Shown: positions 29,561 to 41,170 of the stretch, in pieces
Layout of the letters: each line of letters starts with the position of its first letter
Numbering within the stretch: the stretch's first letter is position 1
Assembly (NCBI RefSeq): GCF_001194135.2
Contig: NC_069000.1
Coordinates: 7,113,372-7,177,371 of the forward strand
DNA from: Octopus bimaculoides
Taxonomy: Eukaryota
Direction: 5' to 3'
Length of the DNA: 64,000 bases
Translations under genes and position numbers: made by a program
The notes under the pieces: model-generated
Seen by the model: the letters and a program-made list of their open reading frames with translations, nothing else
The model's database searches: none
What the model was told of the DNA's origin: nothing

Positions 29561-29915
29561 ACAGGCGTGGCTGTATGATTAAAAAAGTTTACTTCCCAAC
29601 CACATGGTTCTGGGTTCAGTCCCACTGCGTGACACATTGGTCAAGTGTTTTCTACTATAGCCTCAGACTGACCAAAAGCCTTGTGAGTGGATTTGGCAAG
29701 CAAAAACTGAAAGAAGCCTGTTGCATATAGGTGTGTGTGTGTGTGTGTGTCACTGCTGCTTGATAACCAATGTCGGTTTGTTTACGTCTCCACAAGTTAG
29801 TAATTTAGCAAAAGAGACCAATAAAAAAAGTACTAGGGGCAATTTGTTTGACTAAACCTTTAAGGTAGTACCCCAGCATAACCACAGTCTAATAACTGAG
29901 AACAAGTGAAAGAAT
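29561..29915 (+). mobile_element. Near full-length SINE family B (tRNA head, internal (GT)n, 3' extension)
   Basis: caggcgtggctgtatg..cttcccaaccacatggttctgggttcagtcccactgcg..actgaaagaagcc, then (GT)n and the extension shared with 27590-27775. Confidence 0.75.
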
Positions 29916-30169
29916 ACTTGAGTAAAAGGGACTTGAGTGAAGAAGGACACTAAAAATTCGTACAGGTTAACAATTCAATCAACAAATTGAGAAGGTTGAC
30001 ATGCTAATTCACTAAAATGATGTCAATATAATTAAAGTCAATTAGATTAGTAGCATAGGAAAGGTATTGTGATGATTTTAATTAAAACTGAAGAATAAGG
30101 GAGAAGCACCAACAGTTTAACCTTAAGGATAACATGTTACTTAATGCTTAAATATTACTGGAGGGGGGG

Positions 30170-30249
<80 letters not shown>

Positions 30250-31520
30250 GAGATTCCTAATTCTAAGAGCAAGGAGACTAGAAATCTGAAAATGACCTAC
30301 TGAATTAGGGAAAGCTGAGTTTCTTTACTATCTATAACTTCAAACTTGTACCACACACACACACGGAAGGAAAAGTACATAATACATAACAGAGATGATG
30401 ATGATACTTTCGTGTGTATATGAGAGAAAGAAAGTGTATGTGAAAGAGGGAAAGCCACTAAATAATGACTAATGTTTAAGTAGCACAATAAGGAGAAGCA
30501 GCTGGTGATTTGCTAACCCTGACAGGTGTGGTCAGGTAACAAAACAACAATGATAAAACAACAGAAGGTAAAGATTAATAATGCACTATCTCTGATTTAG
30601 GGCCTTTTAGACGTCACTGTCAGGGGAGTTAGATTTCTTGGATACGGGCTAAAAAAAAATGGAAATAAGTTAAATTCTTCAGGGATTAGAATGAGTAAGG
30701 AAAGGTTTGCAAAAGAATGATAAACGGAGAAGGAATGAAAGAATTGCAGACTGGGAGGAGGAAGTGGCATATGTAGGCCTGTGTGTGTATGTGTGTGTGC
30801 GTGCGTGCGTGCGTGTGTGTGTGTCACTTAGAACCATTGAAAACTGTCAATAGACAAGCCATTTACTTCATACATCACTTCACAAATAGATGAGGAGGGG
30901 GAGTCACGTTTGAGTCTTCTCTCACTACAGAAACAGGAGGACAGACGATACAGATTACAATTCAGATCAGATCATATATATATATATTATATACACCGCA
31001 CACACACACACACATATATATTATATACACCGCATATACATACTGTGTAATATTGAACTTTACTATACCCACCAAATCTATACTTATATAGGGGTGTGTG
31101 TGTACACACGCACATGTATGTATATATATGTGTGTGTGTGTCCCAATACTTTCATTATATACGTTTAGATATCTGTTTCTGAACTGAATATATATAAATA
31201 CACACACACACACACACACGTGTGCGTGCATGTCAGTGTATTGTGTGTACATACAGATATATACATAAAATATTTGACATCCATATTTGCCATATCGCTG
31301 AATAATTGATGGCCTCCCATGAAAGAAAGCCAAAACCATTTAACGAAGTAAAATGTCAACTGCCATAAAGAAAATAAATAAATAAATAAAGATTTGGCTG
31401 AAATTTTATTTGGAATTGAGTTAAAATAGAATCAACAAATCCAGAAACATATCACCATTCTTAGCTCATGAATTCACTTCGTTTGTGAAGAATGGCAGTT
31501 GAGACAGAGAGAGAGAGATT

Positions 31521-31570
<50 letters not shown>

Positions 31571-33489
31571 GAGAGATTCCATTGTGCTTCTTTGTTTTGT
31601 ATTATGAAAAACAAATATTGTTGGCGGAGATGGTGGTGGAAATGCCAAGTTTAAAACGAGATAAGGATTATGAATACACGTATATAAAAGATTCGGAACG
31701 TGTCAGTATAGTGTCTATTGGGTTGGTGGGGGAGGGTTAGCGAGAGAGAGAGAGAGATAGAGTGGGAGAGAAATAGAGAAGCCAAATAGACTGTTTGCGT
31801 ATTGTCTACAAGTGGGCTACAGATTTTCTGTGGCAACCAACAACCATCCGCCACAAAACGTCTGTGTATATGTATGTATGTATGTTCGACAGACACACAT
31901 GCATGCAAGCAGCACCCCGAACAGCTAATTAGAACAGTTAACTAGTAAAAAGAAAAAAAGAAAAACAACACTACAATTTAGATTTCCTCACAGCTATGTC
32001 ATTAAACACACAATTAACCATAATAACCTATCAAACAAAGAGAGAGAGAGAGAGAGAGAGAGGAAAACTATCAACGAAACTACGTTGTCATGAATAAATA
32101 ATAATAATAATAATAATAATAATGATGATGATGGTGATGATGACAATGATTGGCACACAGCCACAGAATTAGGGAGGCGAGAGGGAATAATTAACTATAA
32201 CTACTCCAATAATTAACAGAGGACGGAGCTTCTACGCCGCAGAACAACTGTCCAGAAAGAGCAGCCGAAGTCTCTGAAATCACGAATCTATTGTCTTTAT
32301 AAAAGAAGGGCACATTGACTAATGTAGGCTTTACGTAGTCGTATTTACAGACAGACAGGGAGACGGGATGGCCTGGTGATGCCTAAACAATAACCCCCAC
32401 CACAACCAGGAACGGGTGTGGTGATTTAATAGAACAACAACAACATTGAGTCATAATTATAAATATTTCTTGATTGTATAATCGATGGGCTCTCAATAGT
32501 TTGCTGGTACTTTTAATCGGTGGAGAAGAATACAAAAGAAATTGAACCATGATCCGTTCATGAGATATGCCCAACAAACCGTTTATTACAGTAATAAACG
32601 GTCAGAATGTGTGTATATGTTTGTGATAGTGTGTCAGAGAGAGAGAGAGAGATAGAGAGAGATACTGGAGTGTAAAGACCAGTCTGGAGTGATGGCCACA
32701 GTATAAATATCAACAAGCACTTATCATCTTTGATTTTTATAGGTCTGTTTTCTGACAAAGAACCGAGAGAGTAGGAAAAGGAAGAGGGGGGGAAACCAGT
32801 TCAACGATCGTCGATTCACTGTCATTATTATTATTATTATCATTGGTGATGATGGTAGTGGTGTGGAAATAGGAATAAACGGAGGAAACGATTACATGAG
32901 ACATATATGCGCATGCGTGTGCCACAGTGTGAAGTATGTATGTGTGAATTCATATGGATGTGTTTAAGTGTGTATGCTTGAGTCTATGTATGTGCATATG
33001 ATGTGTATATATATGTGGGAATATATTTATATATTACTGAGCTCAATATGTATGTGAATCTACGTGTGTGGTTGTGTTAAGAGTGTGTAATTATGTTAAG
33101 TGTGTGCGTTCATGTACGTGGTTGTTCCTGTGTGTATATACGAGTCTGTATGTGGATATGTTCAGAGACAAAGTGATTAGAAGATTGAAGCTATATAAAC
33201 CTCAAGCGGATATAAAATATGAAGGGGGGGTATATTTAAGAGAGAGAGTGGAGAAAAAAAGGAGTATGGATGAGGGAGAGAGGGGTAAACAGTAGGAAGG
33301 GGAGAAAGAAATTGACACGGAAAACATAGAAAACGATAAAAAGAAGGGGAGGCAGAGTCAGGATAAAAAAAAGTGAATGAGGAGAGGGAGTTAGAAAGCG
33401 TACGAGAAGTGAGGGAGGGTGTGTATGTGTACAGAGTGAGTTAGAAAGGGGAGGGGCGAAGAGGCCAACATTGAGAGAGTGTGAATGGG

Positions 33490-33725
33490 TTCTTTAAAAA
33501 CAGACACACAGACATTAGAGTACAGGTGTCAAATAGCTCAGCTGACCCCTGGCTTCTTTCAACAGAGTACAGGTGTTAAGTAACTCAGTTGACCTCCGGC
33601 TTCTTCAAATACAAACACACAGACATTAGAGTACGGGTGTCAAATAGCTCGGCTGACCCCCTGGTTTCTTTCGAAAACAGACACACAGACACTGGGGTAC
33701 AGGTGTCAATATCTCAAATGACCCT
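33490..33725. repeat. ~62-bp tandem repeat, 4 degenerate copies
   Basis: Unit aaacagacacacagacattagagtacaggtgtcaaatagctcagctgacccctggcttctt; copy 2 is internally deleted. Confidence 0.85.
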
Positions 33726-33834
33726 TAACAACGAAAGCCAAGATAAACATACACACCGCCATTTCACATTATGGTCATTATTGTTTTATTTTCACACACA
33801 CACACACACACATCTACTGTAATGCTAATATTAC

Positions 33835-33852
33835 CTTGTTTGTTACTCAGGT
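33835..33852 (-). CDS. Pax3/7: Candidate 18-nt phase-1/phase-1 micro-exon encoding (G)AC CTG AGT AAC AAA CAA G = DLSNKQ
   Basis: Minus strand reads ...ttttattcgtctgttattcctccgagtgttgcag|ACCTGAGTAACAAACAAG|gtaata. It has a pyrimidine-rich acceptor, a GT donor, a length divisible by 3, and no stop in the frame set by exon 36198-36288. It would give YPFQ-DLSNKQ-G(QGRVNQ), comparable to recalled Drosophila prd YSTMQ-DMNS-GQGRVNQ and PAX3 FPLE-VSTPL-GQGRVNQ. Confidence 0.45.
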
Positions 33853-34360
33853 CTGCAACACTCGGAGGAATAACAGACGAATAAAACTTAATCGACAATA
33901 AATCATATAAATTAATTCTGTATTGACGTTTTCCATATACACATAGCTTTTACACAGAAATAGTTGACAGTTACTTCGAAGTTTCGGTTCAACAGCCTTC
34001 GTGGCGCGTGAGTGTGTGCACACATACGTACATGTAACATACATATACACACGCATACGTATATAATTGTTTAATGATTCGTCACCGACAATGATCATTG
34101 CTTTTATTATTATTATTATAGTAAACCATTAAATATGCTACAAATACACACACTGTCACACACTCTATTAGAGATACAGACAGTGGTAGGAGAAAACAGG
34201 AAAGAGTGGCGCTGATGCCGTTCCCTAAAACAACATTAAGAACTGTACGTCATCGATTTTTTTAAAAATTAGACCGTTGTCTTCTTGAGATCAACAACTG
34301 GGGAAACGAACTGGTATTTCATATAGAAACTATTGTTGTAATATATGTTAACGTAGATTG

Positions 34361-34393
<33 letters not shown>

Positions 34394-36197
34394 NNNNNNN
34401 NNNNNNNNNNNNNNNNNNNNNNNNNNNNNNNNNNNNNNNNNNNNNNNNNNNNNNNNNNNNNNNNNNNNNNNNNNNNNNNNNNNNNNNNNNNNNNNNNNNN
34501 NNNNNNNNNNNNNNNNNNNNNNNNNNNNNNNNNNNNNNNNNNNNNNNNNNNNNNNNNNNNNNNNNNNNNNNNNNNNNNNNNNNNNNNNNNNNNNNNNNNN
34601 NNNNNNNNNNNNNNNNNNNNNNNNNNNNNNNNNNNNNNNNNNNNNNNNNNNNNNNNNNNNNNNNNNNNNNNNNNNNTATATATATATATATATATTTCAT
34701 ACACATATTTAAGAGAGGGAGACAGGGAGAACAGTGGTTCCAAAATTCCATGGTAACAGTTGGAATCAACAAGGAAGTCTGGAAACATGGAACGACATAG
34801 AAAGGAGAACGGAGAAGTTGGCTGATGGTAGTGGCGATGGGCTTCGGAATATCGGGGGAAATAAATGGTGGAATAAAACCATCAGGATTCTGTGTTTTGT
34901 TTATGGTTGTGATGCTGGTGTTGTTGATAGTGCTTAGAGGGGGGGTAGAGAACATTAAATGTGTGTGTGTGTGTGTAAAGAGGAAAGATGGTTCTAGCAG
35001 TTTGTGGTATTTGATTGACAAATGTTCATGTGTTGTAGTAGTAAAAGAGCGTGCCAAGGTCACTGTAAACACCCGAGAGGTCAGAAGGCAGACCAACCGA
35101 GTCCATCATTACATGAACGAATTGCTGAGAGGGGGGGGGAGGTAAGACTGGACATGAGAGAAAGAGAGGGTGAACAAGAAACAGCGAGAGAGAGAGGGGC
35201 TATCGTCATATGTGAGGGGTTGTGGGTGGAGGCAGTGGACGGGAGTGAATATTGTACATAAATGATTTGGCTTTGTCGGTGGAGGTCAGTTGGTACACTA
35301 ACAGAATGATCCTTCACCGTTGTAAACAGCTGAGTGTCCCTCTGACCACAACTGGAACACCTACACCACATGTGTGAGTATGTGTGTGTGTAGACACACA
35401 CACACACACACACAACTGCAATAATCGAGATAGCAAAATGGAGTTGGAAAATATTTTTCTCTGGAAGAAGCAGTTGTACGGATGTCTCTCATTCGGCATT
35501 TGTGTGTGTGTGTGTGTGTGTGTGTGGCTGTAGTAGGAGATAATTGACCCAAGGGCAAGAGTAGCAGCAGCCGGGGCCAACCACTGATGGCACCTCACTT
35601 AAACTGCAGCCACTATATACAGCTAGGAAGAGAGAAAGAGAGAGAGAGAGTGAGATAGAATCAATTAGATGGTTTAGCTATCATCTGTGGCCGAAGAACG
35701 GAGAGAGAAGGCGGATGGCGGAGCGACGAGAATCAACAACAGCTATGAAGAAAGAAAGACAAGAAGAAGTATTTTAAAAAAAAAAAAGTAAGCGAAGAGA
35801 CAGGAGAAAGCACCCACAGTTAAATATCTTCCATCGAAACAGCTAACAACCAAGAAATAATCTTACACTCTTCTTCGGAAACAAGAAATAAACAAGCTGA
35901 CCCGACATAACACACACGTCCATCCATATATATATATATACACACATACATACATATATATATACACGTATATGTATATGTACATATATATATATATATA
36001 AAACACACACGAACACATATACATACGTTCACACACATATCTATATACAATCCTGTATGATAATAGCGAAAAGGAAACGGAGTTAAAAATGGAGAAATGG
36101 AACGAAGATTTTGGTTATAAAATGGGAAATTTTGGCTAAAGAGGGTATGTGTATGTGTGGAGGGTAGAGAGAAAGATATCGAAGCGGTGTCACTTAC

Positions 36198-36288
36198 CTT
36201 GAAAGGGGTAAAAAGCGTGCATATTGGTGGAATAGGCTGGAAAGAGGTAACCGTCAGTGGCGCTAGTATAAATATTATTAAATGACAT
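36198..36288 (-). CDS. Pax3/7: Putative first coding exon of a Pax3/7 (gooseberry/paired-class) transcription factor gene; 30 codons + 1 nt, phase-1 intron
   Basis: Hand translation of the minus strand from ATG at 36288 (context gataacATGt, A at -3) gives MSFNNIYTSATDGYLFPAYSTNMHAFYPFQ-G, then the consensus donor CAAG|GTAAGTG (plus strand cacttac 36191-36197). From recalled sequences, Drosophila gsb/gsb-n read GYPFQ-GQGRVNQLGG just before the paired domain, and vertebrate PAX3 exon 1 ends in phase 1 at the equivalent place (GFPLE|V). The paired box is not in the window, so the assignment rests on this short motif and the intron phase. Confidence 0.6.
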
Positions 36289-36412
36289 GTTATCTGGGCA
36301 GGCCACCACATCGAGGAGACCAACCTGATCACACACACACACACATAGACAGACAGACAGACTCGACACACACCCAAGTACTCGGGGAGGAGGGAAGGGT
36401 GGGTTTAGAAAC

Positions 36413-36760
36413 TTGGTACCACACTATGCAGCTACTACCGCCGCCACCACTACAATAACCACCACCACTACCACTACTACTAGCAGGATTGTTATTACGA
36501 CTACGACTACTACTATTGCTAATGGCGGCGGTGGCTACGATGGAGCAGAAGGCGATGGTGGAGGCCGTGACGGTGGTGATGATGGCGGCGACGGCGACAA
36601 ATGCAAAAGCAGCAGCAGCAGATCATGTATAATGGGCTCTCTAATGGACGAGGTGGGGGGGGGGATCGCCATTACTGACTACTACTACTACTACTGCCAC
36701 TAGCTACTACTACTACTACTACTACGACTGGAGGGGGTGGAGGCGGTGCTGGCTGACTCA
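36413..36760. repeat. Mixed GC-rich trinucleotide repeats (ACC/ACT/GGC/GAC/AGC) upstream of the putative ATG
   Basis: Direct reading; explains low-complexity ORF 36413-36703. Confidence 0.8.
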
Positions 36761-37059
36761 TGAGCAGCTTTTCACGCCCCTACCATGATTCTCTCTCTTT
36801 TTCTCCCCTTGAGAGAGGGAGAAGTGGAAGGGAAAGAGAGTAGGGTACGGTGCGGGGGTGGCGAATTGGNNNNNNNNNNNNNNNNNNNNNNNNNNNNNNN
36901 NNNNNNNNNNNNNNNNNNNNNNNNNNNNNNNNNNNNNNNNNNNNNNNNNNNNNNNNNNNNNNNNNNNNNNNNNNNNNNNNNNNNNNNNNNNNNNNNNNNN
37001 NNNNNNNNNNNNNNTCCCTCCCTCCCTCTCTTAATAGACTAAACACTGGTGGCTTTTAG

Positions 37060-37260
37060 TTTTTGTTGGTTTGTTGTTTGTATAGGAGGAGGAAGTGACC
37101 CCAATAAACGGGCCAAGAACAGATTCCTTTGACGCTCAGTGTCTAATAAAAGTGACAACGGGTTTGGTTGGGCACCGGCTGTGGCAGGCGTGCGCACTTC
37201 CTTGCCCACCCCTCTCTCTCTCTCTCTTTCTCAGTCTCTCTCTCACTCTCCTAGTGGAGT
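37060..37260 (-). promoter_or_regulatory. Candidate core/proximal promoter of the putative Pax3/7 gene
   Basis: Unique, CpG-containing stretch ~0.8-1 kb upstream of the ATG. It has CCAAT (37101-37105), two ETS-type GGAAGTG motifs in opposite orientation (37091-37097; cacttcc near 37195) and a TGACG half-CRE near 37130. The TSS cannot be placed, and a gap (36870-37014) interrupts the region. Confidence 0.3.
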
Positions 37261-37599
37261 CCACCAGTTCTAGAGAGAGATAGAGACATACAACAACCTC
37301 ATCAGTGGGAGCAGATGTGTAGCTTCCCAAAAGGATAATGGAACTAGGCTGGCCGGTTTACACATATACGAGAGAGACAGAGAGAGAGGTTTAATAGCAA
37401 CACTCGTCTCAGCAGTGTCGTACCTTAAGCTTCATCCACAATCACTTGTATTACATATCGATTATTTCCATACTTAACACTCAATAATAATGAAAACAAT
37501 AATCATTACCATGAACACGGTCACAATGATAATGATGATGATGATGACAACAACAACAACAAAAATATTAATGGCGATTTCTTCTCCTAGGACGACGCG

Positions 37600-37760
37600 G
37601 CCACGGATTTATCGAGCAAGGTCTAGAAATGAAGAGCTTTGTGGTTTTATTCAAGGACATCGATGACCTCAGTGAAATCAAGTGAATTGACAGTGACCTA
37701 GAATCGAAACCCTCGTCACGAAATGGATTAGGCTGGTTAGGAGCTTTACCGAACTACATC
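37600..37760 (-). mobile_element. Degenerate tRNA-headed SINE
   Basis: Minus strand: tagttcggtaaagc (A-box-like), gggtttcgattc (B-box-like), gtccttgaataaaac (core-like). Confidence 0.45.
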
Positions 37761-38019
37761 TCTCTTACCTCCTCATCCCTCGTACATCCACGGTACACAA
37801 ATATGATTTCAAACAGAATCTCTCCCCTTTTCTAATCAGTAGCTATATTTCATCATTTATTTATCTATTTTTACTGTAGATGCTTGCAAGTGAGTAGGCG
37901 ACAAAACCATCCACCGAACCTCGCCCCGACTACACTACCGCACCTCGCCAAACTGCATGTTGACTAACAGCAATAAACTGTGTCTGTGTGCTGGTGTTTA
38001 TGTGCGTGTGTGATATATA

Positions 38020-38058
<39 letters not shown>

Positions 38059-38674
38059 GTGTGTAGAGAGATATATGTGTATTGTATATATATGTATAAA
38101 TAGTATAGATCTGTCGGTGTGTCCTGTCTATGTATGTATGTGTAACTAAGGACAAATAACACTACGTACATTGAAAATATGACGAACACACACATACACA
38201 CATAGACAGACATACACACAGATTTAGGAGCAGTTTTTAAGGGGAGTCTATTAACACAGCAGCACCGCCACCGCTGTGTCCTCCTCATCCATCATTAATA
38301 ACAGCAAAATGGCAGCAACAACTACAGAGGCAATAGCAACAGCAATACTAGTAATAGTAGTAGTAGTAGTAGTGGTGATTGTTGCTCCGGCTTCTCTTTC
38401 TCTCGCTCTCTCTCTCTCTCTCTGTATGCAATATCTCGAGAATGTGTGTGTGTGTGTGTGTGCGTGTGCGTGTTATACGTCTGACTGTGTCACCACAGCC
38501 AGAGTGAGTATACGTTATCAAAGCAGGCAGTGTGTCTCTAGCAAACAGCAGTTTTCACGCAGCTGTAGCAACACTTGACAACAAACTACAGCACAAGCTG
38601 TACATATATATATATATATATATACACACACGCACACATTGATAATTATGCGTGCGTGTGAAATGCGGCTGTGC

Positions 38675-38773
<99 letters not shown>

Positions 38774-40068
38774 TCATATATATATATACATATATATATA
38801 TTTACATATGTGTGTAACTAAATTCCTAGTGTTGCCAGTAATTAGCAATCTATTCAGATCAGCGAATGGAACAAGAGTGAGTGAGGGGGGAAAGAAGAGG
38901 AGTGGGTAGAGAGCTTGTTGATTTTTAACTGAGAAGAGAGGGCAGGAGGAGGGGGAGAATGAAAGGGCACAATTAACTGGTGCTTCATTTCCACCTCATA
39001 TATATATATGTATATATATATAGACAGAAAGAGAGGAGGGACAGACAAATACATGTAGGATATGTGTGTGTGTGTATACATACATACATATATATATATA
39101 GAGAGAATCATCTGAGCTAATATTTATACATACACAAATAACCTAAGAGGATATATACAAATACACCTAACATTACATGTGTGTGTATACCTAAGATGAT
39201 GAACAGTTGTATTGTTTTTCGGTATTTTTTTAGTATATGTATGAGTGGCTGAGCAACTGGGAACAGAGCCAACACACCGCCCCACATCGCCAGCTCAATA
39301 TAACACCACAACAACAACACCATCACACAACATCACCACACCACAACACAACGCAAACCACAACACCACCACCACCGCTATCATAACAACAGTGGTGAAA
39401 AGAGTAGCAGCAGTAGTTGGCTGCCTGCCTCGGTACTTTATAATATCTTCGCAACACCACAGCCATGTTTGCCCTGCTAAATCTTCCAAGAGATGGCAGT
39501 GGTGGTGCTGAGGAAACGAACACGGGAGGGGGGGGCGTAGCTGGAGGTTGGAAGTGGAGACAGAGAGAAAGAATAAGGAGGGGGAAGAATAGAGAAGGAG
39601 AGAAAGGATAAAGAGTGAAAGAAAGAATAAAGTAGAGTAATGGCGGAGGGAGGGAGAAAGAGAGGCAGCAAGCAGTTTCACCTGCGATTTTCAGTGATCA
39701 GTCATTGTGCATGCGTGCGCAAGTGTGTGTGTGTGTGCGTCCGTGCATGTGTAGGTGTGCTTACATGTGTAAGAACACATATGCAAACAACCACGCATGT
39801 ATGCAAATATATACACGTATATATTATTTATTCCTGTTTACATGTTACATTATACATATATGTGAGTGTGTGTGTGTATACATAAGACATGCATCCTGTG
39901 TGTGTGTGTGTGTGTAAAACGAGGATTGAAATGTGGCATTCTGTGGAGAAGAGAGTGGAAGTGCTGGTGATGTTTGATGTTTGATGTTGGTAGAAACCAC
40001 ATGAAATCGTCATAGATATCTGATATGAAGAAATGTGCTGACAAAAGGGTCTCTTATCAATAGTGATG

Positions 40069-40519
40069 NNNNNNNNNNNNNNNNNNNNNNNNNNNNNNNN
40101 NNNNNNNNNNNNNNNNNNNNNNNNNNNNNNNNNNNNNNNNNNNNNNNNNNNNNNNNNNNNNNNNNNNNNNNNNNNNNNNNNNNNNNNNNNNNNNNNNNNN
40201 NNNNNNNNNNNNNNNNNNNNNNNNNNNNNNNNNNNNNNNNNNNNNNNNNNNNNNNNNNNNNNNNNNNNNNNNNNNNNNNNNNNNNNNNNNNNNNNNNNNN
40301 NNNNNNNNNNNNNNNNNNNNNNNNNNNNNNNNNNNNNNNNNNNNNNNNNNNNNNNNNNNNNNNNNNNNNNNNNNNNNNNNNNNNNNNNNNNNNNNNNNNN
40401 NNNNNNNNNNNNNNNNNNNNNNNNNNNNNNNNNNNNNNNNNNNNNNNNNNNNNNNNNNNNNNNNNNNNNNNNNNNNNNNNNNNNNNNNNNNNNNNNNNNN
40501 NNNNNNNNNNNNNNNNNNN
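40069..40519. other. Largest assembly gap. Others: 7446-7656, 15571-15580, 34394-34676, 36870-37014, 42560-42569, 45442-45717, 47176-47308, 51068-51077, 55641-55755, 56170-56179
   Basis: Runs of N, mostly flanked by microsatellites. Confidence 0.99.
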
Positions 40520-40659
40520 TCTGAGTTCAAATTCCGCCGGGATCGTCTCTGCCTTTCATCCTTTCGAGATGGACGAAATAAGAACCATCCAGGCTTTGTC
40601 AACCGCATCCCTCCCTTTGTGGAAAGTCGACATGTTTCATAATAATAATAATAATAATA

Positions 40660-41170
40660 ATGATCCTTTCTACTAAAGGCACAAGGTCTGAAATTTTGTG
40701 GGAGACTGGCTAATCAGTTATATCGCTACAGTACTTGACTGGTACATATTTTATCGACTCCGAAAAGATGAAAAGCAACGTCGACCTCGGCCGAATTTGA
40801 ACGTAAAAACACAGACGAAATGACGCTAAGCACTTTGCCCGACGTGCTAACGATTCTGCCAGCTCACCGCCTAATAATTCCTCGGCGGAATTTGAACTCA
40901 GAATGTAAGGACGGACGAAATGCCTCTGGGCATTTTGCCAGGCGTGCTGACGATTCTGCCAGCTCGCTGCTTCGATGATAATAATCTTTTCTACTATAGG
41001 TACAAGGCCTGAAATTTTGGGCGAGGAGACTAGTCGATTAGATCGACACTAGTATGCAACTGGTACTTAATTTATCGACCCTGAAAGGATGAAAGGCAAA
41101 GTAGACCTCGTCGTGCTATGAACTGAGAACGCAACTCAACGCGAAAACATTTTGTCTGACGCTATCAGGA
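40660..41170 (-). mobile_element. Three tandem SINE family A copies with intact CpGs
   Basis: Reverse complements of head/core at 40660-40871, 40885-40970 and 40985-41170. A plus-strand fragment lies at 40520-40590. Confidence 0.75.

Noticed and set aside
33970-34000. Minus-strand CTGTTGA..CCGAAAC resembling a hammerhead core
   Set aside because: No stem II between the two core segments.
34362-35096. Longest track ORF (244 aa, minus strand)
   Set aside because: About 95 codons are N or (TA)n, the rest has no recognisable domain, and it lies in the putative first intron.
36198-36311. Alternative reading MWWPAQITCHLIIFILAPLTVTSFQPIPPICTLFTPFK (part of track ORF 35820-36377), which looks like a signal peptide
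   Set aside because: Weak start context, no family match, and the candidate micro-exon gives an immediate stop in this frame. The other frame matches the Pax3/7 YPFQ|G motif. Not fully excluded without RNA data.
36413-36703. 96-aa Thr/Gly/Asp-rich ORF on the plus strand
   Set aside because: Made of trinucleotide repeats, antisense to the putative leader, with no domain or splice support.
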